NCBI GenBank assembly: GCA_037440025.1
Contig: JBBIUX010000001.1
Span: forward strand, 1 to 64,000
Direction of reading: 5' to 3'
Length of the DNA stretch: 64,000 nt
From: Candidatus Fraserbacteria bacterium
GTDB taxonomy: Bacteria; Bipolaricaulota; Bipolaricaulia; RBG-16-55-9; DRXL01
Of this stretch, positions 9,159 through 18,658 are shown one piece after another. Made by a program: the position numbers and the translations under genes. Position 1 is the stretch's first letter. Every line of letters starts with the position of its first letter. The notes below the pieces were generated by a model. That model saw only the letters and a list, made by a program, of their open reading frames with translations. It was not told the DNA's origin and did no database searches.

Positions 9159-9506
9159 GTGAAGCTTTTAGTGGATGTCGGTGTGGGCAAAACCGTAGAA
9201 CAGTGGTTACAAAAGCAAGGACATGATGTTCTAGCCGTACGAGACCTCGACCCAAGATTGCCGGATTCTGCCATACTAAACCAAGCAGTGCTCGAACAAC
9301 GGCTTGTGATTACAATGGACAAGGATTTTGGGGAGTTGGTCTACCGATCAGGGCAACCCCACGCTGGAGTGCTCCTCCTGCGGTTGGAGGAGGCTGATAG
9401 CCAGCAAAAAGTCAGCATCGTTAAGAAGATTTTTACACGCCATGCTCTACAGCTTTTGGATTGCTTCTCTGTCTATCAGCGCGGCCGTTTACGCATCCGA
9501 CGTTAA
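9159..9506 (+). CDS. DUF5615 PIN-like toxin
   Basis: KLLVDVGV, GHDV, DSAIL, ITMDKDFGEL; follows DUF433. Confidence 0.9.
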   Translation: MKLLVDVGVGKTVEQWLQKQGHDVLAVRDLDPRLPDSAILNQAVLEQRLVITMDKDFGELVYRSGQPHAGVLLLRLEEADSQQKVSIVKKIFTRHALQLLDCFSVYQRGRLRIRR

Positions 9507-10183
9507 TGTGTCGAGCCATCCTCCAACCTATGTACCGCCAACTGTTTATTGCCTACAGCCCCCAGCATTGGTGGCCTGCCGACTCGCCCTTGGAAGTGAT
9601 CGTCGGAGCGATCCTCACGCAGTCTACGAATTGGCAGAACGTCGAACGCGCCATCGAGAACCTCAAAAGACATAACGCTCTCACACCCAGCAGGCTGCAC
9701 ACGCTCTCTGAAGAGAAGCTTGCACAGCTGATCCGCCCCGCCGGCTACTTTCGCCAGAAAGCGAAAAAACTTAAAGCCTTCGTCAAGCATCTCTACGGTC
9801 ATCACGGTGGAGATTTGAGAGAGATGCTCGCGCAGCCAACAAAAGAGTTACGGTCTGAATTGCTCTCGATCTGGGGCATCGGCCCGGAGACGGCAGACTC
9901 GATCTTGCTCTACGCTGGCCAAAAGCCGGTCTTCGTTGTGGACGCTTACACAAAAAGAGTCTTCTCACGATTGGGCCTAGTCAGCTCTGACATTTCTTAC
10001 GGAGAGCTCCAAAAATTTTCTATGCACCAACTTCCAAGGGATGCGAAGCTCTTCAATGAATATCACGCACTGATCGTGCGCCACGGCAAAGAGATCTGTC
10101 GCCCCAAGCCTTTGTGTGCCCGGTGCGTGCTCGCTCGGCACTGTGAGTTTTTCTGGCCCTCACCCCCAACCCCTCTCCCGTAG
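9506..10183 (+). CDS. HhH-GPD DNA glycosylase / endonuclease III-related protein
   Basis: GAILTQSTNW, LLSIWGIGPETADSI, VVDAY, C-x5-C-x2-C-x5-C Fe-S motif; TAATG coupling with the upstream gene. Confidence 0.92.
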   Translation: MCRAILQPMYRQLFIAYSPQHWWPADSPLEVIVGAILTQSTNWQNVERAIENLKRHNALTPSRLHTLSEEKLAQLIRPAGYFRQKAKKLKAFVKHLYGHHGGDLREMLAQPTKELRSELLSIWGIGPETADSILLYAGQKPVFVVDAYTKRVFSRLGLVSSDISYGELQKFSMHQLPRDAKLFNEYHALIVRHGKEICRPKPLCARCVLARHCEFFWPSPPTPLP

Positions 10184-10225
10184 CTCATCTACGGGAGAGG
10201 GGTGCCCGAAGGCGGGGTGAGGGCC
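10155..10225. repeat. palindromic dispersed repeat, family A
   Basis: ggccctcacccc...cccctctcccgtag/ctacgggagagggg...ggggtgagggcc between convergent genes; near-identical copy at 32902-32971. Confidence 0.85.
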
Positions 10226-10795
10226 TCAGCGACGCAACTCTTCGGCCTTGGGAAGATAGAACGCCGCCCCGTTGAGGGCTTGGAGCGTTTGCTCCGCCGG
10301 CCCGCGCTCCTCAAAAGCTAAATCTACCCCGGCCTCGCTCGCACCATCAGCGTCCGTGAGACCTGCATCGAGATCGTAGCGCACGTTCAATGGGATATAG
10401 ACGTTATTCAGCTCGTCCCTGCGCAAGACATTCCCTCGGTCATCGTGGACAACGCCTTGATAGATCACAAACTGTAATTTCGGGCTCCAGAAGCGATACC
10501 CGAACTCGACCGCCAGCTTGGCATAGTGTCCTTCGCTCGTCTTGACGTAGATCACTGTCCCTTGGATCTTGCCCGTGTCGCCGTTGCGTTGATCTAACTC
10601 GTTGCGCGTCAGTTCTGTTTTATCGTACGTCGCCGCCCGCACCATAGAGAGGGTGATCTCGTCAAAATTCAACTGGTTGGCTAACAAGAACAATTGGACG
10701 AGAGCAACGATCAAGGCTAGCGCAATCGCCGCTCCCATCACGATCAACAAGCGCCCGTAGGTCAAGCCGCGCTTGCGCGGTTGCTGAGATTCCAT
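10226..10795 (-). CDS. hypothetical membrane-anchored protein
   Basis: N-terminal transmembrane helix; 3 nt downstream of the PduS-like gene. Confidence 0.75.
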   Translation of the reverse strand: MESQQPRKRGLTYGRLLIVMGAAIALALIVALVQLFLLANQLNFDEITLSMVRAATYDKTELTRNELDQRNGDTGKIQGTVIYVKTSEGHYAKLAVEFGYRFWSPKLQFVIYQGVVHDDRGNVLRRDELNNVYIPLNVRYDLDAGLTDADGASEAGVDLAFEERGPAEQTLQALNGAAFYLPKAEELRR

Positions 10796-10798
10796 CGC

Positions 10799-11887
10799 TC
10801 AGGCTCTCTCGATACGCACGAATTTTTCGGTCACTTCTTTGATGACGCCATCAATGCTGGCGTGGTGAGCGACACTTAAGAGATGGAAGTCGTTCATGGG
10901 GCCATCCAGGGGCTTGGCAATCTGATCGCCGATCTTGACTTTATCCCCAACTTTGGCAGTGGGGATGCTGGGCTTGCCCTTGGGGCCGTCTTGGTGCATG
11001 AAAATCTTGACCCGTGTCACTTTGTCGCGAATGTCCAAAACGTCGTTCGGTGTGGGGTGCCAATCCAAATAGCGCTCTAAGCCGAGTTTTTGCATGGCTT
11101 CGGGGAGCGTGTCATCCCAAGTTGGTGCGGGTTGGCCGGGCAGCGGGCGTAAGCTCACTTGGTCGGCGACGTACTTTTCGGCTTCGAAGACCAAAAAGCC
11201 GTTGGTCTTTTTCGTGACGGCGTGCTCGCCTACGTTGACTCTGTCGCCCATCAAGGGGCCGCCGTCCAGCACGGCAAGCTCATTGATACGCCCAGTCTCA
11301 ACGCCGATCTGGGCCAGAATATCTATGAGATACGCACCGACCGGGGCCAGCACAACCGTTTGCTTCGCGACTTCGCCGTAGACGTTAAAGTATTTTTCGG
11401 TCACAGGCTTGCCCTGGAAGAGCGCGCGGTACATATTATAGACCGTCTCGACGTTGTTGACCGTGACGCCGACGTGCAGGGGGATTTTGCCCGGCGGCAC
11501 TTCTTGGCCGGTCACAGACTTCGTCAACCATTTCTCCTCACCCATGCCGTAGATGCTCGGCGTGTATGAAATCTCGAAGCCGTACTTTTGCTTGAGCGGG
11601 TCCAAGAGCTTTTTGTCCTTCTCTTTAGCCCCGATGACGATCTTCTCAAAGCCGAAGATCTTTTTCAGGGCTGCGAAGATCTCCACAAACGCATCGGCCT
11701 GGCTGAGTAAGAGAATCTTATCGGCTTCGTAGCCGGGCTCGCCCTCTTCGGCGTTCACAATCAGAGTCTTTGTCGGGCTAAAATACTTAAAGTACGTGGG
11801 GAAGCCGGCGCCTCCGGCGCCGATCAGCCCCATCTCGCGAAAGAGTTTTATCGCGTCTTCCCGTGTCTGTACCGTTGTTGTCGCCAT
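10799..11887 (-). CDS. RnfC/PduS/PrdC-like flavoprotein (Complex1_51K + SLBB + barrel-sandwich), lacking the Fe-S domain
   Basis: GLIGAGGAGFPT, NAEEGEPG, YGMGEE, VNNVETV, GGPLMG; C-terminal KVGDKVKIGDQIA...HASIDG. Confidence 0.8.
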   Translation of the reverse strand: MATTTVQTREDAIKLFREMGLIGAGGAGFPTYFKYFSPTKTLIVNAEEGEPGYEADKILLLSQADAFVEIFAALKKIFGFEKIVIGAKEKDKKLLDPLKQKYGFEISYTPSIYGMGEEKWLTKSVTGQEVPPGKIPLHVGVTVNNVETVYNMYRALFQGKPVTEKYFNVYGEVAKQTVVLAPVGAYLIDILAQIGVETGRINELAVLDGGPLMGDRVNVGEHAVTKKTNGFLVFEAEKYVADQVSLRPLPGQPAPTWDDTLPEAMQKLGLERYLDWHPTPNDVLDIRDKVTRVKIFMHQDGPKGKPSIPTAKVGDKVKIGDQIAKPLDGPMNDFHLLSVAHHASIDGVIKEVTEKFVRIERA

Positions 11888-11994
11888 AGCGTAGAATCAC
11901 CTTTCTGATCTGTCCCTGCGCTCTTTTCCTTCAGAGATGGGCTCGGGTGTGGGATCACCTCTAGCATAGAAGAAACTCATCGCGCTGGCAAAGT

Positions 11995-12522
11995 TTAGCG
12001 AGAAGCCTTTGCCAGCACCGCTCGTCCAGCGGCCAGGGCCGCGCTTTTGAGGGTCTCACCATCGGCTGGCTCTTCTCCCGCGGGCGCGCTCACGAAGATC
12101 GCGACAAAGAGCGCGCCATGTTGCCAGAACAACCCCACGCCGTCGGGTTCGGGAGCCAGCTCTGCCGTGCGCCCGTCTAGATTGAGAGATTCCGTCTGAG
12201 CGCCTTGAAGCAAGAGATCGCGCGCCTCTGAGATCTTCGTCGGGTCTTTAAATTGAAAGATCGTGATGCCCAGACGCTCTATTCTCCCGCTCCAGGGTCC
12301 GTTGGGCGCGGGCGTATAAAACGCATGTGAAGAGTACGCTTCACCGGGGAAGACCGGTTCGATGCGCGCCTCTTTGGTCACCAAGATAAAGCCCTCAACA
12401 GCATCGGGAATGAGCGTTTCGGGGGCTGGCCCGGCAGGCGGGCTTGAGCTCAAAAAGAAGACAACCCCGGCGACGACTGCCACACCAACGGCTAACAACA
12501 CCCACAAAATTGGATTGTTCAT
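11995..12522 (-). CDS. hypothetical exported or membrane-anchored protein
   Basis: N-terminal hydrophobic helix; AGGAGG SD. Confidence 0.75.
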   Translation of the reverse strand: MNNPILWVLLAVGVAVVAGVVFFLSSSPPAGPAPETLIPDAVEGFILVTKEARIEPVFPGEAYSSHAFYTPAPNGPWSGRIERLGITIFQFKDPTKISEARDLLLQGAQTESLNLDGRTAELAPEPDGVGLFWQHGALFVAIFVSAPAGEEPADGETLKSAALAAGRAVLAKASR

Positions 12523-12639
12523 AGTCCTCCTACGCCATCAAGATTCTCTGTATACTGATACAGCTTAAAGCAGACGAGCCAGCGACGTCAACTACAGAGT
12601 TGCCAGACAGCTTAAATCCCTTTAGAATACAAACCGAAA

Positions 12640-13947
12640 ATGGATCGCTACATCGCGCTCTTCGTCTTTATTGCTGCTTATGCGCTTTTCGTGCTCCTGC
12701 CCAGATATCGCTCATGGACGGCTGCCGCCGGGGCGCTTATAGTAGTGCTGGCGGGGGTGGTCTCCCCAAGTTTGGTCTTGTGGGGTGAGGGGGGGAAAGA
12801 GCCTCTCATTAGCTGGAACGTGATGGGAATTTTCGTAGGTACTCTGATCTTAGCTGATCTCTTGATCTGGTCCCGCGTGCCCCATTACGTTGCCGAAAGA
12901 TTAGTGAATAGATCGCGTAGTGTCTGCTGGGCCATGGTGAAGGTCTGTGCGTTTTCAGGGTTTCTCTCGATCTTTGCCGAGAACGTTGCTGTCGTCTTGA
13001 TCGTCGCGCCGATAGCGTTTGCGCTCGCTGAAAAACTCAAGACGAGCCCAGTCCCGTTAATTATCGGGGTAACGATTTCTTCCAATCTTCAGGGAACAGC
13101 GACTCTCATCGGCGACCCGGCGAGCATGATCTTCGCTGAGTACGCGAACGTTTCTTTTAATGACTTCTTCTGGTACAAAGAGCAGGGGCTTGGCATCTTT
13201 TTCGCCATTCAATTGGGCTTTTTGACGTCACTGCCCGTGCTCTATTGGGCCTTTCGCAAGCTCAATCAGAAAGTCGGTCTGATTGCCGAAGAACGGGTCA
13301 TTAGTTGGGGACCTACGGCTTTTCTAGCGACGATGATCGGCGCATTGGCTATCGCTTCGTCGCTGCAAGCCCACGACCTAGTAGGGGCTATTTGTATGCT
13401 CTGGGGGCTTGGCGGTCTGGCCTGGTACGAGATGCTGAGCCGCAAGAACCGTGAGCGCTTCCCAGACACCCCCTGGCAGATTCTCAAGAGACTTGACTGG
13501 GACTCGGCACTCTTTCTGATGGGCGTCTTTGTCTTGGTGGGCACATTGGTCGAAAAAGACTGGATCACGCTCTTTGCCGACTGGTTAAAGTCCGTGCTTG
13601 GGGCGAATCTGCTCGTCTCGTACATTGCGATTATCTTATTGTCAATGCTCGTGTCGGCCTTTGTGGACAACATTCCCTATCTGATGGCGATGATCCCTGT
13701 CGCGATGCAGTTGGCTGCCCCTGGGGCAGGACAAGAAGCGTTGCTCTTTGGGCTCTTAATCGCTGCGAGCTTGGGGGGGAATATTACGCCCATCGGAGCG
13801 TCGGCCAATATTGTCGGTGCGGGGCAGTTGCGCCAGCGTGGGTATATTCTGGGCTTTCGGGAGTTTGGGATAATCGGGCTGCCGTTCACGCTCGCGGCGA
13901 CGATCCCCGCTGCGACCTTTCTCTATCTGCTCTGGGTGACCTTGTGA
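12640..13947 (+). CDS. ArsB/NhaD/CitMHS-family ion transporter
   Basis: About 12 TM helices; SNLQGTATLIGDP, SAFVDNIP, LGGNITPIGASAN. Confidence 0.9.
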   Translation: MDRYIALFVFIAAYALFVLLPRYRSWTAAAGALIVVLAGVVSPSLVLWGEGGKEPLISWNVMGIFVGTLILADLLIWSRVPHYVAERLVNRSRSVCWAMVKVCAFSGFLSIFAENVAVVLIVAPIAFALAEKLKTSPVPLIIGVTISSNLQGTATLIGDPASMIFAEYANVSFNDFFWYKEQGLGIFFAIQLGFLTSLPVLYWAFRKLNQKVGLIAEERVISWGPTAFLATMIGALAIASSLQAHDLVGAICMLWGLGGLAWYEMLSRKNRERFPDTPWQILKRLDWDSALFLMGVFVLVGTLVEKDWITLFADWLKSVLGANLLVSYIAIILLSMLVSAFVDNIPYLMAMIPVAMQLAAPGAGQEALLFGLLIAASLGGNITPIGASANIVGAGQLRQRGYILGFREFGIIGLPFTLAATIPAATFLYLLWVTL

Positions 13948-13995
13948 AATAATCCCCAAGACTCTTCGCCCCAAATTGGGTAGAATAAATACGCT

Positions 13996-14649
13996 ATGAA
14001 CACCCCTTCACTGGGTCGTCGCCTCTGGCATCATATTTATTCTCGGATGCTGACGGGTGTGGTCTTCGTCGTGCCCGTCATACTGACTATTTGGGTCTTG
14101 CAGTTGCTCTATAATCTCTTGGACGGCCCGCTGCGCTCGCTGCTCAACACAATGCTCAAATACACCCTGGGGTGGGAGTTGCCCTCCGGGGTCGGGTTGG
14201 TGCTGACGCTGCTGGCTCTGTATGTGACGGGTGTGCTGGCAGCCAATATGTTAGGGCGCCGGTTTTTGGAGTTTTGGGAGTCAGTACTGCAGAAGATGCC
14301 CATCGTCAACAGCATCTACAATGCCGCGCGGCAGGTGGTGCGCACGCTTTCTCAGCCTCAAGAAAAAGCGTTTCAACGAGTAGTCTTGATCGAATTCCCT
14401 TCCAAGGGCCTGTGGACCGTAGCGTTTCAAGTGGGCACCATCCAGGCGAGTGACGGGCGGGAGTGGGTGCGGGTCTATGTGCCGACGACGCCGAATCCCA
14501 CGTCGGGGTTCTTGCAATTTCTCCCCAAGGAGAGCGTGCAGCCGACTGCGATCCCCGTGGACGAGGCCCTGAAGATGGTCGTCTCTGGGGGAATTCTCTC
14601 CCCAGAACGATTGGATATGGGCTTATCGAAGATAGATCAGAGCTCGTAG
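13996..14649 (+). CDS. DUF502 membrane protein
   Basis: PIVNSIY, VVLIEFP, VYVPTTPNPTSGFL, ALKMVVSGG. Confidence 0.93.
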   Translation: MNTPSLGRRLWHHIYSRMLTGVVFVVPVILTIWVLQLLYNLLDGPLRSLLNTMLKYTLGWELPSGVGLVLTLLALYVTGVLAANMLGRRFLEFWESVLQKMPIVNSIYNAARQVVRTLSQPQEKAFQRVVLIEFPSKGLWTVAFQVGTIQASDGREWVRVYVPTTPNPTSGFLQFLPKESVQPTAIPVDEALKMVVSGGILSPERLDMGLSKIDQSS

Positions 14650-15407
14650 CGTTCGATCAGCTTCTTCTCCTCCCCGGCGATCTCCGCACGAATCTCGAAG
14701 TATTCTGCCAGTCCGGAGTGCCTGAGCTTCTCTTTTAAGAGATTATCTATCTGAAAGATGCCCGCCGAGTTGGACATCTTTATTGCAATACAGACGGGGC
14801 GCTTTTCACCCTTGCGCAACTGCACGTCTTCAATGGCTAATGCCGAGACGGCGTGGATGGTCGCCGAGCCGGCCTTGAACGGGATGCGCGCGCGCCCCTC
14901 TTCCATGTCTAAAGCGTCGGCGATCTTGACGACCCCAGCTTCGACAGTGAGCGGCTCGACTTCCGTCTCGTGCGCGTAGATGGCGTGCAGCACTTCTGAC
15001 GTGATAATAGTCCGCTCACGCTCTGAATAGATATCTCTTAACAGATCGGGCAGTAAATCTGCTGCGAGAGCGACCGAAAAGGGCTCGTGATGCGTGCGAT
15101 GGACGATATGCCCGATATCGTGCAGGCACGCTGCGAGCACGACGATCACTTCGGCATCTTCTTTCGTGAGCTTGTGATCTTTTTCGACGCTGGGCTGTAC
15201 GCTGGCTTCGATGAGCATTCGCAGGATTTTCAGAGCGAGATTGGCAACGATTCTGATGTGCACTGGGCCATGATCGTTGACGCTGAGCCGGTCAATCGCG
15301 TTGATGTTCGAGCAGTACCAATAGGTGTTCAGCGTGATGTTCTCGTTGACGCGGGCGGCGACGGCCTCTAGCTTCTTGTTCTCTCGGACGGGGACGTTGA
15401 GCGTCAT
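14637..15407 (-). CDS. HD-domain phosphohydrolase
   Basis: NDHGPVH, LHDIGH, HAIYAH, KIADALD. Confidence 0.88.
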   Translation of the reverse strand: MTLNVPVRENKKLEAVAARVNENITLNTYWYCSNINAIDRLSVNDHGPVHIRIVANLALKILRMLIEASVQPSVEKDHKLTKEDAEVIVVLAACLHDIGHIVHRTHHEPFSVALAADLLPDLLRDIYSERERTIITSEVLHAIYAHETEVEPLTVEAGVVKIADALDMEEGRARIPFKAGSATIHAVSALAIEDVQLRKGEKRPVCIAIKMSNSAGIFQIDNLLKEKLRHSGLAEYFEIRAEIAGEEKKLIERYEL

Positions 15408-15410
15408 AGC

Positions 15411-15944
15411 TTAAGAGTGCTTATCGGTTTTCTGGATATGGCGCAGGCGCTCCACGCCTCCGATCTCCTCGATCACGCGGGCGACGATGGGCGGCACATA
15501 GGCTTTCCAGTCTTCGCCGCGCACCATCAGCTCACGGATCTTCGTGCCGTCCCACTGGGCGCGCTCGACGTAGGGCAGTGGACGCACGGTGATCCCGCGT
15601 TCGGCAAAGAGCCGCTGCACTAAAGAGTTATTGGAGTAGACGATCTCAAACGGCGGGGTCAAGCTGCGAATGTGCGCCACATACAACGAGTTGCGCGCGA
15701 TGTCTTCGATGGGCAGCACATAGGTTGTGATGGGGGGCTTTAGGTCTTCTAATGCTTTGGTGATCATCATGATTCGCTCACCGGCGGTGAAGGGGTCTTT
15801 CAGCGTGTGGCTCTCCTGGGCCGAGCCGATAGCGATGATCAGCTCGTCTATCTCTTTTCTCTGAAAGATTTGTCGGATAACGGCGTGGTGGCCGTTATGA
15901 TAGGGTTGGAAGCGTCCCAAGAACAAGCCGCGTTTGGCTTTCAT
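15411..15944 (-). CDS. nadM: nicotinamide-nucleotide adenylyltransferase (archaeal-type)
   Basis: GRFQPYHNGH (HxGH), IGSAQESHT, PFTAGER; ATGA overlap with the upstream gene. Confidence 0.88.
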   Translation of the reverse strand: MKAKRGLFLGRFQPYHNGHHAVIRQIFQRKEIDELIIAIGSAQESHTLKDPFTAGERIMMITKALEDLKPPITTYVLPIEDIARNSLYVAHIRSLTPPFEIVYSNNSLVQRLFAERGITVRPLPYVERAQWDGTKIRELMVRGEDWKAYVPPIVARVIEEIGGVERLRHIQKTDKHS

Positions 15945-16312
15945 GAAGACCTCTCCTCTAGGCCCTCCCCCCGGCTGCGCCACCCCTCTCCCGTGTCATT
16001 CTGCGCGTTAGCGAAGAATCTAGACCCTTCGCTTCGCTCAGGGTGACAGAGGGGCTGGGGGTGAGGGCCTTTCGCTAAGAACTGACTGACAGCTTGCGCA
16101 ACTCTTTCGGCATTGGGGAGGCCCTCGTCGCCCATTTGAATGATAAGAATATCATCGGCGGTCACGCGGAAGACCCCGTCGTGGCCGGGCTTGAGCGCCA
16201 CAGCTTCCAGCTTGTCAGCGTGGGCGTTTAAGATCTTTTGTGCGGCTTCCAATGCTGGCTTCAGATACATACATTCGTCGCAGTATTCGATAGTCACCGT
16301 GGGCTTTCTCAT
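15941..16312 (-). CDS. Rdx (SelT/SelW/SelH) family protein with repeat-derived C-terminal tail
   Basis: VTIEYCDEC, LKPGHDGVFRV; last ~40 aa encoded by palindromic repeats. Confidence 0.8.
   Translation of the reverse strand: MRKPTVTIEYCDECMYLKPALEAAQKILNAHADKLEAVALKPGHDGVFRVTADDILIIQMGDEGLPNAERVAQAVSQFLAKGPHPQPLCHPERSEGSRFFANAQNDTGEGWRSRGEGLEERSS
15951..16070. repeat. composite repeat (family B nested in family A)
   Basis: tgtcattctg...gcgaagaatct...cttcgctcagggtgaca inside cccctctccc...gggggtgagggcc. Confidence 0.75.
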
Positions 16313-16395
16313 TGAGTTTATTGTACACGTGATGGACTGGCTCGTCCAGCGGGTGATTTGTCTGGTATGTTCAGTCTGGGTAGACTGTAAAAGCC

Positions 16396-16689
16396 ATGAG
16401 CACTAAAGAAGAGATTGTGCAAAAACTGAAAGCTCTCAAGCCGGAGCTGCAAGCCTGCTACAGAGTGCGCGAGATCGGGCTCTTTGGCTCCTTTGCACGT
16501 GAGGAGCATCACAAGACAAGCGACATTGATATTCTCGTGGATTTCACGGAAGATGCGAGCCTGTTTGATTTGGTGAGATTAGCGAACTTCCTTGAGGAGA
16601 AGTTGCAGCGCCGGGTAGATATTGTCACAAAGGATTCGCTCCGGGTTGAGCTGCGCGAATCTGTTCTAAGAGAGACCGTAACAATATGA
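16396..16689 (+). CDS. MNT (minimal nucleotidyltransferase) antitoxin
   Basis: GLFGSFAR, SDIDILVDF, RRVDIVT. Confidence 0.92.
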   Translation: MSTKEEIVQKLKALKPELQACYRVREIGLFGSFAREEHHKTSDIDILVDFTEDASLFDLVRLANFLEEKLQRRVDIVTKDSLRVELRESVLRETVTI

Positions 16690-16745
16690 GGGACTATCGG
16701 CTCTATCTCAAAGATATTCTAGAAGCGGTAGAGAGCATTGAGTAA
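16686..16745 (+). pseudogene. truncated DUF86/HEPN toxin (19 aa)
   Basis: MRDYRLYLKDILEAVESIE* matches a DUF86 N-terminus; ATGA overlap with the MNT gene. Confidence 0.8.
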
Positions 16746-16788
16746 GCTCACAATTACAGTTATAATTGCCCCATCGAGGTGATTTCTC

Positions 16789-17302
16789 ATGCTCAAATAC
16801 GGCGACCAAGCCCCAGACTTCCAGCTCAAAGGTGTAGACGGGGTGATCTATAAGCTTTCAGACTACAAAAGCAAAAAAGCCGTTGCGGTGGTCTTCAGCT
16901 GCAACCACTGCCCCTATGTGAAAGCCTACGAAGACCGCATGATCGCCCTGGCGAGAGAATATGAACCCAAGGGTGTGCAGTTTTTGGTGCTCAACCCCAA
17001 TGACCCAACGAAATACCCCGAAGACAGCTTCGACAATATGATCCAGCGGGCCACAGAGAAGGGCTATCCCTTCCCCTATCTGTATGACGAAACACAGCAG
17101 GTCGCCAAGGCCTACAGTGCCCAGCGTACCCCAGAAATCTTTCTCTTTGATTCAGCGATGAAACTGCGCTACCACGGCACGATTGATGATCACTACGAAG
17201 ACCCAACCAAGGTGACCAAGCGTTATCTGAAAGACGCGCTCGAGGCCGTGCTCGCCGGCAAAGACCCTGGCCTCAAAGACACCCAGCCGGTGGGCTGTAC
17301 GA

Positions 17303-17316
<14 letters not shown>
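16789..17316 (+). CDS. thioredoxin/AhpC-TSA family protein
   Basis: [27 protein letters not shown]. Confidence 0.92.
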
Positions 17317-17914
<598 letters not shown>

Positions 17915-18043
17915 AACGGCCTCCTTTCACACGGATATAGACTCTTTTTATCCTAACAGATTGCCAAGCCGGTGTCCAGCTACAGCAGCCCCCCCATCTC
18001 TCGCGCACTCGTCTTTCGAGGCGGGGGGGGTTCACTCGTCTGG

Positions 18044-18658
18044 TTACACGACAACACGGGCGTGGCGCTTGGCCCACGTAACGCCCTCTGCAAAGGCCAG
18101 ATGGTTCAGCTCGAGCGTCTTGGGCGGGACAAGCTCAACGATCGCTTGTCGCCATTCTTCCTGAGGGAGGTCAAGAAATGTCGAGAGGGCGCCGAGCAAA
18201 ACTGTGTTGGCGAGCGCGGGGTTGCCCAATCCTTGGGCGATTTCCAACCCCGGCACGATGAGCACCGTTCCAGCTCGACGATGCAGTGTCTCTTTTATTT
18301 TCGCATCTTCAGGATACGAAGCGAGCTTGAGAGACTCTACACTCGGCGCGATGCGTTGATCGTTGACCAACGCGAGGCCGTCTACTTTGAGATAGCTCAG
18401 ATAGCGCAACGCCTCGAGCTTTTCAAAGGCGAGCAAGACATCGGCTTCGCCTTCGGGCACGGCAGGCGAGAAGACTTCGGAGCCGTAGCGCACCGTAGAA
18501 AACACAGAGCCGCCCCGCTGAGCCATGCCGTGCACTTCTGAAGTCGCTACGGACAGCCCCGCCAGCGTCGCCACCCGCGCGATGATCTGCCCGGCCAAAA
18601 GAGAGCCCTGCCCGCCCACGCCAGCGAGCACTATATTTTTGACATGTCGCTCGCTCAT
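18044..18658 (-). CDS. iorB: indolepyruvate oxidoreductase beta subunit
   Basis: AGVGGQG, SEVHGMAQRGGSV. Confidence 0.93.
   Translation of the reverse strand: MSERHVKNIVLAGVGGQGSLLAGQIIARVATLAGLSVATSEVHGMAQRGGSVFSTVRYGSEVFSPAVPEGEADVLLAFEKLEALRYLSYLKVDGLALVNDQRIAPSVESLKLASYPEDAKIKETLHRRAGTVLIVPGLEIAQGLGNPALANTVLLGALSTFLDLPQEEWRQAIVELVPPKTLELNHLAFAEGVTWAKRHARVVV

Noticed and set aside
15941..16312. Selenoprotein (Rdx family)
   Set aside because: Motif is CDEC with no in-frame TGA
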